The notes under the pieces are model-generated. The model was not told the DNA's origin, ran no database searches, and saw only the letters and a program-made list of their open reading frames with translations. This document shows positions 1-12,924 of a stretch of 64,000 bases of DNA, piece by piece. Source of the stretch: Eledone cirrhosa (taxonomy: Eukaryota); the NCBI GenBank assembly GCA_964016885.1, contig OZ024740.1, forward strand, positions 164,052,001 through 164,116,000. Reading direction: 5' to 3'. The position numbers were made by a program, and so were the translations under genes. The first letter of the stretch is position 1; every line of letters starts with the position of its first letter.

Positions 1-50
1 AAAAAATAAAAATAAAAAACAAACCTCCAAGCATTAACATCTGGTGGATC

Positions 51-1138
51 TTGGCTGGCTTCGTAGAGCCAGAAACAGACATAATACTTTCGATACGAAA
101 ATCCATTCGACAAAGGTGGGCGGGCACCGATTTGGAGATTCTGTTGCAAATGAAACCGGAGAGAATCTCCAAAATACCCGAAAGAGTCGTTATTGATAAT
201 AACAACAAAATAAACATTTCGGTAGAAGGACGAAAATTTCACTGCTTTCGCTGTGGTAGCATATCTCACCTAAAAGCCTCTTGTCCACAAACACACAACA
301 ACAACATCATAAAAAAAACGCTATTACCAACACCAACACCAAAACAACCACCACCACCACCTCAAGTACAACGACAGACGAAACGAGCAACCACACCAAA
401 ACAAACAGACACTCAACCAACAACAACAGAAAAAACAGAGACAACACCCCTGAAGAACACATCCCCACTCCATCAAACACTACCACAAACACACATACCG
501 AAACACCACCACCACCACACAACATACCCTTACCCCACACACCTGACGATGATTATTCATCGACGGATGAAGCTGCTTCTCCTTCTTTAAGTGAAGAAGA
601 GGGAGAACCGCGGAAATCCAAAAAACAAAAAAAGAGACACCACAAAACCCACAAAACTCCAATCACCAACACCAACACACAACCACAGACACAAACAACA
701 ACACAAACAACACCACAGTCAAACATCCCCCTATCAGCAAAACCAGCACCAACACCACCCCAAATACAAGCACCCACCATAAAAAGAAAACTCCCGGATG
801 AACAACAAACTAAAACAATACAACAAAAACACAAACAACAATACGCATACATCAACACAAACAACAAGAGTTTGATGGAGGTCATCTCCCAAAACCCCAA
901 GGTGGAGACGGAGGGCAAAACTTTCGTCAAGGCAGAATCGTCTCCACACCTTAAACTTATAAGGGTTTCTATGGAAACCTATAAAGACCTGAAAATTAAA
1001 TTTTCACAGGACGTGGGCAATCCCTGCCACAAACCCATCAACCGCGTCCTGTTGAAAGGTTTCCCCACCCCACCCAATACCCCATCCAGCACCCAAATGG
1101 AGATTGAACAAACCGATCTCCAGGAAACGAAAAGGTAA
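51..1138 (+). pseudogene. Tx1 ORF1 (gag-like, zinc knuckle), frameshifted
   Basis: CFRCGSISHLKASC knuckle (51..590) and Thr/Pro/Lys-rich C-terminus (281..1138), homologous to ORF1 of copies 2 and 4. Confidence 0.85.
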
Positions 1139-1179
1139 GTGCACCTTTCGTCCTTTTTCTCCAACTTTTCTTCACCAAC

Positions 1180-4162
1180 ATGGCTGGTTTACGAGTTGGA
1201 ACCGTGAATGTGCGTGGCCTAGGGATGCCCTGGAAACAGGGCCAACTTTTAAACGACCTTAGGTCACACAGTATGGATGTGATAGCCATCACCGAGTCCA
1301 GAATCCACAACAGGCAGCAACTAACCCCCATCTTCGACGACTTTGAGATCTACGCATCTCTCTGTCAGCCAGGAGGTGGAGGTGGAGTGGCTGTTATGTT
1401 TCGGAAGAACCTGGACGTCGGAGTACAGCAAGTACACTTGGACCCGGAGGGTAGACTGGTAGTCCTAGACGTGAACAGTATCGGAGGTGGAGCCTTCAGA
1501 CTGGTGGTCGTTTATGCCCCGACCGGGCAATCGCAATCACGGCCAGACTTCTTTAAGCGTCTAGAGTCTTTTCTGGGAACGTCTCGCTCCTTACTTTTAG
1601 TGGGGGACTGGAATGGTATCCTAGATGCACGATGGGACTATGTGGGAGCATGTCCCAGTAGAGCGGGGTGCAACAACCTCAAAACTTTAATCGGCCAATT
1701 CCAACTGGCCGATAGGTATCGACTGGATTTCCCAACTGCACCACAGTGGACGTGGGTAAACCGCAGTGGGACATCTAGATCGTATTTAGATAGGTTCTTC
1801 ATTAGAGAAAGGGACAAGGATATGTTAAGCTGTCCACGAATGCACATGGTTGCCTATTCAGATCACAAGTTAGTCGTCTGCTTAGTCAACCGTGATAGAA
1901 TACATAGACAGGGTCCCGGATACTGGAAGCTGAACGTGTCGTTGCCGGCACGTAAAGCTTACAGTGAACGGATAAGTAAACTAGTCAAGCAACAGTTAAC
2001 GGGAGCCATCGTCAACAATAGATGGTGGTACTCTCTCAAGAAAGCAATTAGAATAGAATCGATAGGGTATAGCAGAGAGTTAGCCTTAGACAAAAACAGA
2101 ATAGAAAGAGAACTAGTAGCCAAAGTAGAGGAGGCACTTAGAAGTGGCAACGCGGCTAGAGTGTTAGCGTCGAGAACGGCACTGGACCAGTTCTTCGATG
2201 CGAAACACGAAGGCTGCGTGGTCAGAAGCAAAACACGTGCTCTAGAAAACGAAGGAGCGAAAGCTGTCAGCTGGGCCTGAGTGGCGGAGGCAAAAAGTGG
2301 CAACAAGTCCACGATTCGGTCTTTGAAAGACCAAAACGGACGCGTGCTACTTGACCCCAAGCAAATGTGCGCGGCCTTTCAGCGGCACTTTGCGCGACTG
2401 TTTGAGCAGAACGACGGTGAGCCGAACGGGGCAATGGACTTTAGTTCATACCTCAACGGCCTGCCGCGTCTCTCGAACACGGACGCCGAGTTCTGCGAAA
2501 GACCGATCACGGACACTGAGATACGGGATGCTCTGGGCCGCTGCGGGAAACGCAAGTCACCCGGTCTAGATGGTCTACCCTTCGAATTTTACATAGGCAT
2601 GCCGGACTTGTTCTCTGGCGTCCTCGAAGCCGTCTACTGCAATTGGCAGTAGAACGGGAGAATTCCCAGTTCTGCAGGCAAGGGCGTAGTAACGCTGATC
2701 AGGAAAGACGAGAACAAGGGGGACGAAATTAACAACTTCAGGCCCATAACTCTGCTCAACACAGAGTTAAAGATTTTGGCCAAGGTGCTAGCGACGAGGT
2801 TGGCGCTTGTCGTCGAGAACCTGGTAGGGAAAGCGCAAACGTGTGCAATCCCGACCAGGTCCATACACGACAACCTCCACCTCATGCGATACATCATAGA
2901 GAGGGTGGGTAGTAAACCCGGCTTCGGTGGGGCTCTGATCAACTTGGATCAGTCTAAGGCATTCGATAGGGTCGACCATCGATACTTGGAAGCGGTTCTC
3001 AAGGCGGCCGGTTTCGTCCCGTGTTCAGAGGATGGATCGAGGCGATGCACACCAGCATCTGCTCGAGGGTCAAGGTGAACGGCTACCTATCGGAGCCGTT
3101 CGCAATCACGCGTTCCATTCGACAGGGATGCCCTCTCTCCTCCATTCTGTATGTATTGACTCTAGAGCCACTACTGCGGAAATTGGAGCTGTTTCAGGGC
3201 ATCCCCCTAGAACCGGGACTGCGCAAAGCGGCGTCGGCTTATGCCGACGACGTGACAGTAATGGTGTCGAGCACCTCGGAAATCGGGGTGATCGGCAACA
3301 TACTGAAAGAATACAAAACGCTGACGGGAGCAAAACTAAACCCAGATAAGTCTGTCGGTTTGCAACTCGGTACGTGGAGAGGCAAACCGATGACATCCGA
3401 CAGCGTCGTTGGACGCTAGACGGACGGACCGGTGAAATTGCTCGGGGTCTGGTTCGGTCCAGACCTCCAGGTGGAGAAAAACTGGAACGAGGTCACGGCC
3501 AAGGTGTTTGCACTCACTCAGAAGTGGGCAGAGTGCAAACTGTCCTTGAAAGGTCGAGCGGAGGTGGCGAACACTTTCATAGCGTCCGTCATCTACTACC
3601 GCTTGACTGTCGTGCCTTGTCCCCGTGAACATCTCGCCAAGATGGAACGCATGCTCTTCCAGAGGTCCCTGGCCTGGCAGTGCTACCGAGGAGCTCTACC
3701 GGTTCGTGACAAGATCTACAGGCACGGACGCCCTGGCAGGGATCCTTCCAAGAGGACGTGTCCAAGATGTGCGCAGGACATTGAAACAGTTCTGCACGCA
3801 ATTGTACACTGCCCGGGCGTAAGCGACCTGTGGAACTATGCAGAACAACTGCTGTCGCGTATGGGACAAATACAGTTGACTGCCGAGTCCATAGTAAGGA
3901 TCAAACCGCCAGACTCTTTCAAAAACGAAAGAGAGGCGGTTTTCCTCTGTACGGTGGCTATGGTGAAAGAAGTTATATGGTGGACGAGGTTGAGAGGACT
4001 GAGGACAGATGCCTTTCTCTCCGGACAACAATTGATTCCCTTCTTTAAGGGAGAATCAGGGCGGAGAGAGAGGCACTGCACCCCAGTAAATTTACTGAAA
4101 GGTGGGTGAATGAAGCGAAAATGGCCCGAGTGATTGGGCCTTCTCTGTTTATAAGCCTGTAG
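1180..4162 (+). pseudogene. Tx1 ORF2 (APE endonuclease + RT + C-terminal Cys/His), with stops, frameshifts and an internal deletion
   Basis: TVNVRG, GDWN, SYLDRF, SDH (APE); KSPGLDG, LDQSKAFDRVDH, RQGCPLS, AYADD (RT); CPRC...ETVLHAIVHC. Confidence 0.9.
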
Positions 4163-4395
4163 GTTGAGGAAGAGAGCAAAAGGAAGAAAGGAGCACTTGC
4201 ACAACACGCTCCTCGAGTTGAGGGTTGTTCTATCGACGGGGTATTAAACAACCCATTTGTGGCGCCTCCCCCCTATTGGGGATTTCGATTGTTGAAATTG
4301 TTTGTTTTTATATTTTTTACACGACTGTATGTAAAATCCCCGGCATGTCTTTGTATTGTCCCCTTTCTTGTTGCGCCCTTGTGGCTAATAAGGAA

Positions 4396-4397
<2 letters not shown>

Positions 4398-4451
<54 letters not shown>

Positions 4452-4468
4452 GTCTGTCTATCTATCTA
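4398..4468. repeat. (TATC)n microsatellite between Tx1 copies 1 and 2
   Basis: Direct reading. Confidence 0.95.
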
Positions 4469-7400
4469 TTTTTTTTCAAACACCAAAGAAAATACAAACA
4501 ACAGTGACAACAACAACAGCAACATTTCTTTTGTTGATACCGTAAAAAAAAACGGAAATATTTCAACTTTTGGATTTAACCAACGCGAAACAAAAGTTGG
4601 AAGATGCTAAATAATATGTGACTTTGGGACCCAATGGGTCATTTAGCATAAATTCACCACAAGAACTAAGGAGAGTAAATGCCTTGAACACGGTGGTTTT
4701 CAGGATAATCTCAAATGCATCAAAAAAACCAGCTCAACTATCTCAGAGTGAGATTGAGCTAGTATTAAGGAACCACATGGATAACATTTTATTTATTCAG
4801 AAAGCCAAACTTTTCGGCAGCATCTCGGTGCTAATGAAAAACAACATAACAGCACAAAAATATTCCATCGCGCCCATTGTGTCCACCCATTTTACATTTT
4901 CCCTACATACATGGGAAAAAGAACGCAAAAAATAAAAATTACATGTATAAGACCCAAAGTAGATATTTGGTGGATACTTTATGGCCTAATTGACCTTGAA
5001 CAAGACACTTTGATCTCAGTAGGAAAATCCTCCAGAGATATATTTAGTGGCACTAGCATCGAAATTCTGGTGCAGATGAGCCCAGAACGTATAATGAAAA
5101 TCCCACAGAGAGTACCTCTGGATGGACAGACCTACATAAACATTTCGGTTGAGGGTAGGCGGTCCGCATGTTACCACTGCGCAAGCAGAGGTCACCTAAG
5201 GGCTGCCTGTCCTCAATTGACAAAAAAACCCACTTTTACCAACACCACAAATAACAACACAACCACCACCACCACCACCACGACAACAAGAAAAAACAAC
5301 AGAGAACACTATTCCACCCAACCCCTCCCCACCCAAAACAAATACAAAAACACACACAGACACTACAGAACCCCAAAACATACCCCTACCCATCAACACG
5401 GATGAGGAACCCCTATCGACGGCACCCAGCGGCGATGAGGAGGAACCCTTCCAACCCGTGAAAAGAATAAAAAGAAAGAACCGCATGAACAAAAACGAAA
5501 CAAACACACAAACACCAGCACAAACAGCACAAAAATCACAAACAAAAGTTCCCCCTCCCGAAAACAAAACACCCACAACAAAGAGAAAACACATGCAGGA
5601 ACCACAGACAAAAACAAACACAACACAGGAAAAGTACACATACACTTACATAAACGAAGAAAATAGAACACTGATGGAGACCATCAGAAACAACCCTTTG
5701 GTCAAAACCGAAGGGAAAACTTTGGATAGCTCCAACAAAAACAAAAAAATGAAGCTAAAACTGATCAGCTAAATAGATCCCTAAAAGAAACATTTGTAGA
5801 GGACGTGGGGAATTCCTGCGTGAAACCAATCAACCGCGTCCTCTACAAAAGCCTCCCCACCACAGGCACCCCCACCCAAGTCATCCCCACCCCACCAGAC
5901 ACCCCTTCCCCACCAAACACCTCCATCCTCACCCCGCCAGAAACCACCACCCCACCCTACAACCCATCCCCCACCCTCATGGAAATTGTGCAGCCCGATA
6001 CCCGGGACGCAGAGAGGTAAGTGCCTTTTCTCTTCACCACCAACATGGCTATGCTAAGAGTAGGCTGTTTAAATGCGCGTGGCCAGGGCTCAACTTGGAA
6101 GCAAGCAATGCTTCTAAATGACCTCAGGTCACAACGTATAGATGTGATGGTTATTTGCGAGGCCCGGATCAGCAACGTGCGACAGCTGGCCCCCACCTTT
6201 GATGACTTTGAGATGCACGCATCTCTCTGTCAGCCCGGAGGTGGGGGTGGGGTTGTCGCTCTGCTGCAAAAACATCTGGGTCTCGCAACACAGACGGTAC
6301 ATTTGGACCCGGAGGGTCGACTAGTGGTTCTGGACCATGGCAGTGGTGAAGGCGGAGCGTTTAGGCTGGTAGCCGCCTACGGCCCTTTCGGGTCAATGCG
6401 GCCGGACTTCTTCCATCGTCTGGAGACTTTTCTAGGGACGTCCCGCTCCTTGCTATTAGCGGGGGACTGGAATGGTATCCTAGATGTACGTTTTGACTAC
6501 GTAGGGGCCTGTCCCAATAGAGAGGGGTGTAATAGCCTCAAAGGGTTAATCGGTCGATTTGACCTGGCCGATAGATATCGACTAGATTTTCCGACTGCGC
6601 CAACCTGGACTTGGGCAAATCTCAGCGGATCATCTAGGTCGTACCTAGATAGGTTCTTAGTTAGAAATAAGGATAAGGACTTTTTAAGTTGTCCAAAAAT
6701 GCGCATGGTTGGCTATTCAGACCACAAATTAGTGAGCTGCATGGTCAACCTTGACAGAACGCATAGACAGGGACCCGGTTACTGAAAGCTCAACTTACCG
6801 GCAAGTAAGGCTTACAGGGACCGGATTAGCACTTTAGTTAAGGAGCGGTTGACGGGCGCCATCGTCAACAGCAGGTGGTGGGGATCTCTCAAAAGCGAGA
6901 TTAGAGTAGTCTCTATAGAATTTAGTAAGGAGTTAGCCTCAAATAGAAATAGGAAGGAAAGGGAGTTGGTAGATAGTGTAGAAGAGGCAATTAGAAGCGG
7001 TGACGTGGCCAGAGTGCTAGCGTCGAGAACGGCCCTGGGCCAGTTCTTCGACGCGAAACACGTAGGCTGCATCGTCCGAAGCAAAATACGTGCTCTGGGA
7101 AACGAGGGGACCAAAGCTGTTAGCTGGGCCCGCGTGACAGAAGCCAAAAGTGGGAGTAGATCCACTATCCGGTCTTTGCGAGACCAGGATGGACGGGTGA
7201 TCCTTGAACCTAAGCAGATGTGCGAGGCTTTTCAAAAGCACTTTGCCGGATTGTTCGGAAGGGGCGGGGAGCCGGTTGGGGATGTGGACTTCGGTCCATA
7301 CCTCGACGGCCTGCCGCGTCTCTCGGACAGGGAGGCGAAGTCCTGCGAGGAGCCGATTTCAGCTGCTGAGATAGAGGACGTGCTGTGCCAATGCGGCAAA

Positions 7401-7770
7401 CGCAAATCCCCGGATCTCGATGGTCTTCCATACTAACTATATCTAGCTATGCCGGACTTGTTCCCCGATCTCCTCGAGGCGGTCTACTGCAACTGGCAAC
7501 AGAACGGGAGAATTCCCTGTGCTGTGACCAAGGGCGTAGTCACGCTAGTGAGGAAGGACGAGAACAAGGGGGACGATATAAATAATTTCAGGCCCATAAC
7601 TCTGCTAAATACAGAGTTACAGATTTTGGCCAAGGTGCTAGCAAAAGAGGTTGCCGCTCATCGTGGGCAACCTGGTGGGAGATGCGCAGACATGTGCTAT
7701 CCCGTCCAGGTCCATCCACGACAACCTCCACCTCATGCGATACATCATAGAGAGGGTTGGGAACGAACCC
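4469..7770 (+). mobile_element. Tx1 copy 2 (5'-truncated in ORF1, broken off within RT)
   Basis: CYHCASRGHLRAAC knuckle; ORF2 from ATG 6045 with APE and early RT; homology ends after RYIIERVGNEP. Confidence 0.9.
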
Positions 7771-7952
7771 GACTGTGTTCAGACCTGGAGAAGGTTGGGC
7801 TCTTTCAGGTTTAAATGTCCCTTAGACCGCATGATGGTCCTCTACGACTCCACAAAGAGTTATGGGATCTTTATCCTTATATATATATATATATATAAAT
7901 GAAAGGTATAGAAATTGTTGTAGCGAGAAGCTAACAGTATTCCATAACATAT

Positions 7953-8032
<80 letters not shown>

Positions 8033-8658
8033 GAGAGAGAGAATTTTCCCTTCCCTTCAAATTGCTGGGTTTGTGCCAAATGTAGAGACAATTTTATGTA
8101 GATAATTCAAAATTGAGTTGGACTTATTTGGCAAGTGACTTAAGCAATTCACTTGGCAAGTGAAAGAGCAATTTTAGCCATTTAAGCATACAAAAAAAAA
8201 ACTGTTATATTTACATTGTTTTTACTTTTAAGGTGTCAACATTTTCTTCGTATTTCTGTGACCTGATCAAACACGGCTCCACTGAAACTGATGGAAATGA
8301 GTTACTGATGAGATTTATATAGCTCTGGGTTTTTGTTTTACTTTTTCTCCCTTCCTTTTCCTTTTTATTTTGGTGTACCTTCAGATATACAGGTCTACTG
8401 CATTGTTGATTGACCTATTGACATTGGTCGTTTTCAGGTTCAATTCTTCTCTTTCTCTATATATGTGTACGTTTTTTTGGGACACTGTACGATATATATA
8501 TATATATATAACAAAGAAGGTGTGGTAAGATACCAGTTCCAACTGGTATCTTACCAGACCATGTATAACGCACCAGGGTACTCCATACTTAGGGTAGGAG
8601 AGTGGGTAATAGCTGTTGAAACGGCCGGAGCTCAGCCGTCGGGTCTTGACTCTTTTCC

Positions 8659-8719
<61 letters not shown>

Positions 8720-8720
8720 C

Positions 8721-8769
<49 letters not shown>

Positions 8770-8772
<3 letters not shown>

Positions 8773-8865
8773 CGTACAACCATGCAGTGTCGTTCCAGAA
8801 ACAGGAGAAACGCCACTCAACTAAGCTCTCCAGTTACGTATGGAAGCTGAAAGTGGGCTCTACTG
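8770..8865 (+). pseudogene. Fragment of a PLE GIY-YIG C-terminal region
   Basis: [26 protein letters not shown] resembles HTHSFLNPLRKNMTSLSAYIWSLK of the PLE at 32105; it follows (TA)n. Confidence 0.6.
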
Positions 8866-8873
8866 ATTACAAC

Positions 8874-9069
8874 GGATTGCATAATTAGTTAATCAATAAC
8901 GGAATTACGGCATACACAAATAGAAAAAATTTCAACAGAAAAAATATTTGATTCGGGGACGTGTCTGCGATCTAGGTGTTATCGTTGTCGCAGTCTATCC
9001 CTTTCTGTTTCTCATTTTTCTGTTTGTGTACGTCGTAATTCCTTTATTGATTAACTAATTATACAATCC
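8874..9069. repeat. ~195 bp unit with ~55 bp imperfect terminal inverted repeats
   Basis: ggattgcataattagttaatcaataacggaattacg... / ...cgtaattcctttattgattaactaattatacaatcc. Confidence 0.7.
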
Positions 9070-9070
9070 A

Positions 9071-9402
9071 AAGTGGAATATTGGTTCACAAACGCCTCTC
9101 GTCACGAACAAATCACTTCACGAAAACGTTTTCCGAACATAAAACGTCTCGGGTCACGAATGGTGTCTCGAATAACGAACACACAAGCCGGCAATAACTG
9201 TTGGCAATACGCTTTGAGTATCGTCACTTGCTGTGTAGTTAGTTACTATGGTGTTATCTATCCGTCTTTCACACACAGTCTCTATCTCACTGTATTTCTC
9301 TCTCAACAGTTCGTATGGTAAAAATAGTTTGGTTTACGAACATTTTCGGTGACGAACAGCCTTCAGTAACGAATTAAGTTCGTGAACCGATGTTCAACTG
9401 TA
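9071..9402. mobile_element. pogo/Tigger-like MITE
   Basis: Imperfect TIRs agtggaatattggttcacaaac / gttcgtgaaccgatgttcaactg, followed by TA; internal acgaac repeats. Confidence 0.55.
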
Positions 9403-9586
9403 CATACATACATACCTCCATACATACATACATACATACACAATACATACCTCCATACATACATACATACATACATCAAGATGGCCGATTGAATACACAA
9501 ATGTTTTTTTGCTCATTTTTCTTATTTCCCCCGTTTCTTCCTCTCATCACTCATTACTTTCTATTTATCTTCTATTTCTATCTCTA

Positions 9587-9622
9587 TCTTCTGATGACGG
9601 ATTAGAGTCCAAAACGTTAAGA
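9587..9622 (+). ncRNA. Degenerate minimal type I hammerhead ribozyme (G12 to A)
   Basis: tctt-CTGATGA-cgga ttagag tcc-AAAA-cg-TT-aaga. Confidence 0.5.
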
Positions 9623-9781
9623 CTCTATTCCTGCTATTTCAAGCGTTAAACTAATATATTTCTTCCATGTACTGTGTCGTTTCTTTTGTTATTTTTGTTA
9701 TTACTTTTACACTTACATAAACACACTCACGCATACGCACACACGTACACACATGCACACACACACAGACACACACACACT

Positions 9782-9815
<34 letters not shown>

Positions 9816-9893
9816 ATTTTCACATTCGATGTTTAACTACACACACACACACACACTCATACACACACACGCACACACACACGCACCCCCCCC

Positions 9894-9937
<44 letters not shown>

Positions 9938-10199
9938 CATTTAATGTTTAACTATGATGAAGGGATGTACTTGTATTGAAACAACAACGCGCAAAGTACA
10001 AACATGAGACAAGAAAACAACAATAATGTCAACAACAACAACAACGACAACCACAAACACGTCAACAACAACAACATTTACAACAGATTGTTTACGTAAG
10101 GAACAGCAGAACAACTACTACAACTACAACAACTACATCTGGTGAGAAACCCTCCCTCTACACCTCAGCACAATCGTTATCTTTCCTTCTCCCCCTTCT

Positions 10200-10960
10200 C
10201 CTTATCATCATCATAATCGTTGTTGTTGTAGTTGTTATCGTCGTCAACGCCATCGCCATCATCTTCATCGTCATTCTCCTCCCTTTCCACTTCATCATCG
10301 CCATCGTCATCATTATAATTATCATCATCATCGACCCCAACCACTACCACATCCACGGCGATGACGATCACCATCACCATCACGACCACAACCACTACCA
10401 CCACCACCAATACCACCATCACCACCAACAACCAACACTAACACCATCACCATCACCACTACAACCACTACCACCACCACCAATACCACCAATACCACTA
10501 CAACCACTACCACCACCACCAATACCACCACCACCACCACCACCACCACCACCACCACCACCACCACCACCACCACCACCACCACCACCACCACCACCAT
10601 CACCACCATCATCATCATCACCACCACCACCACCACCACCACCATCATCACTACAACCATTATCACTACCACCATCATCACTATCACTACCATCACCACC
10701 ACAACCAACACCACCACAGCCACCATCACCGCCATCACTACCACCACCACCATCACTACTACCATCACTACCGTCATCACCACCACTACCACCATCACCA
10801 CCACATTCAACATCACCACCACCACCAACACTACTACCATCATCACCACCATCACCACCACCACCACCACCACCACCACGATCATCACTACCACCACCAT
10901 CACCAACATCATCAGCAACCATCATCGTAATCATCATCATCACCATCATCGTTAACACCG
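10200..10960. repeat. (CAC/CAT)n low-complexity trinucleotide tract
   Basis: Direct reading. Confidence 0.95.
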
Positions 10961-11366
10961 TCATTGCTTACAGTTTGCTGGCGCGAATGGTGGCCGTCGT
11001 TGTTTTCACATGACAGATGGCCTTTTGATAACAGCTTTTGAAACCGAGTTTAGGGGCTGTTGTGGTGGTGAGCGGTGGTGAGCGGTGGTGAGTGGTCGTG
11101 AGAGTGGTCGTGAGAAGGAAGGTCTTTGTAAAGCACGTGACGTCCAGCTGCCCGTAAACACTGATCCTGGACGGATACTCATCAATCATCCAGTAATCAG
11201 AGTTGGTAGATAGTTGCAGCGAAACAGCGTTGCACTAATGATAGGAATTTACATGCATTTCCGGTAATGAGGTGGATATTAGTGATCTTCGCTTCGTTTT
11301 GTTGCACGGAAGAGAACTTCTGTCTGCTTGCCTGCCTGTCTATCTGTCTGTCTGTCTCTCTATTTG

Positions 11367-11463
<97 letters not shown>

Positions 11464-11805
11464 TCTTGTCTCTCTTTCCATCTCTCTATTTATCAATATA
11501 TCTATTAACTATCACCCCTTTTCTATAATTTTCTACATGTCCGACCCCCTTTCTGTTAGTGTATGTACATGTGTGCATATGTTGTCAATTTATATTTTAT
11601 GTTTTAACAAAATGTGTATTTTATTTGTAATTTATTTATATTCGAACTACTTACAAACGACAGAAAATTCAAAGGTTCTTACACATACGAACATATACCA
11701 TTATGATACGTAGATGTGTTGGTAAGGTAAAGATTGAAATATATAAATTATATATATATAGGATGAATGCGTTACGTATGGATATTCGTAACGCATGGGC
11801 GTGTG

Positions 11806-11865
<60 letters not shown>

Positions 11866-12126
11866 AGTTAAACAAGATGCAATGAGTACATCAAAGAATG
11901 AGATGTTTTCCTAGATAACCATAACTTGTAGTATCTTACATTTTAAAATCTCTATAGCTGTCACATTAACCAACGTCTTTCTTACTTGCACATTCTCTAT
12001 TGAATTTATTACGTTTTCGCATTTTCTCATTATTAGGGTATAAATGTTGAGTTTTCTCTTAGGTTAATCACTACCTTGATTAAATATTAACCATTTAACA
12101 TCTCAGGGTATGTCATGTATCATTAT

Positions 12127-12179
12127 ATTTTGTCTGATGAGGACGTACTGTTGTACATCTGAAATATGTATAATAAAAT
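12127..12179 (+). ncRNA. Minimal type I hammerhead ribozyme
   Basis: Stem I attttgt/ataaaat; CTGATGA; stem II ggacgtac-tgtt-gtacatct; GAAA; near-palindromic stem III atatgtat; AUA triplet. Confidence 0.8.
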
Positions 12180-12284
12180 TTAATTGATCAAAAGAACATC
12201 TATTTTATTAATATTTGTATTTTAATATATATATATATATACAATATATTAACAAATGGAAACTATATTTATAAAACCATATTT

Positions 12285-12348
12285 ATTTTATTATACATAT
12301 TTCAAAAGCCACCAAGGCAAATTATGGTGCGCTTTCATAAGATAAAAT
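12285..12348 (-). ncRNA. Degenerate hammerhead ribozyme (core CUUAUGA)
   Basis: Close homolog of the intact-core copy at 39536-39598, with one core substitution. Confidence 0.6.
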
Positions 12349-12924
12349 ACAATACAGATTAGTTTTATAGATAAATATTGACATACCCTGAACAAACATA
12401 TCAAAACAAGTAAATAATTTAGTATTGAACAAAACACAAGCTGAACGACTAAAACACACAATAACAGTTAATATGAAAAGAGCAACATACACAAAAGTCA
12501 ACGAACTTTATAGACAGAAACGCATTAACGGTAAGGAAGTCCAAAATCTCACCGCACCAAACGAGAGGCATGACTTCATGAGCGTCATCCGACGTGAAAT
12601 GAAATACGCCCGAAACGAATGCAATAGGCATTTCAATAAGAAATTAGAATGGATGAATAAGAAAAAACTACAAGAAAGGAAAATAGAATATTCTCAAAAA
12701 TACCCAGATAACATCAACAATATCCGTATGACTGATGTAAAACTACCGGAAGAATTTACCAATGACCACACAGTAAATATTTATGGGAACACTTTAATCA
12801 GTGAACAAGAACAACAAATCCTGCAGCTACCACCAAAATTTGCCATCTACAAAAAGATTAACCCTATTGAGTGCAAAACGGAGCTGGAAAAGTGTTTCAC
12901 AAAAATACGTTGGAATGCAAAAGT

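Larger units (their letters stand above)
1..4397 (+). mobile_element. Tx1-clade non-LTR retrotransposon, copy 1 (5' end outside window, decayed)
   Basis: ORF1 with CCHC knuckle, then ORF2 with APE and RT, then a 3' UTR ending aataaggaaa directly into (TATC)n. Confidence 0.9.

Noticed and set aside
6018-6047. Programmed ORF1-ORF2 stop read-through (in-frame 24-nt spacer in copies 2 and 4)
   Set aside because: The spacer is 41 nt and out of frame in copy 1, so the arrangement is not conserved
8280-8330. CTGATGA near GAAA, possible hammerhead
   Set aside because: No consistent stems I and II in any permutation
10158-10964. Gly-, Val- or His-rich ORFs
   Set aside because: Translation of (CAC/CAT)n repeats
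10968-11320. Possible minus-strand host exon (GC-richer island ending at a GTAAG donor-like site)
   Set aside because: In-frame stops upstream, no recognisable domain and no partner exons
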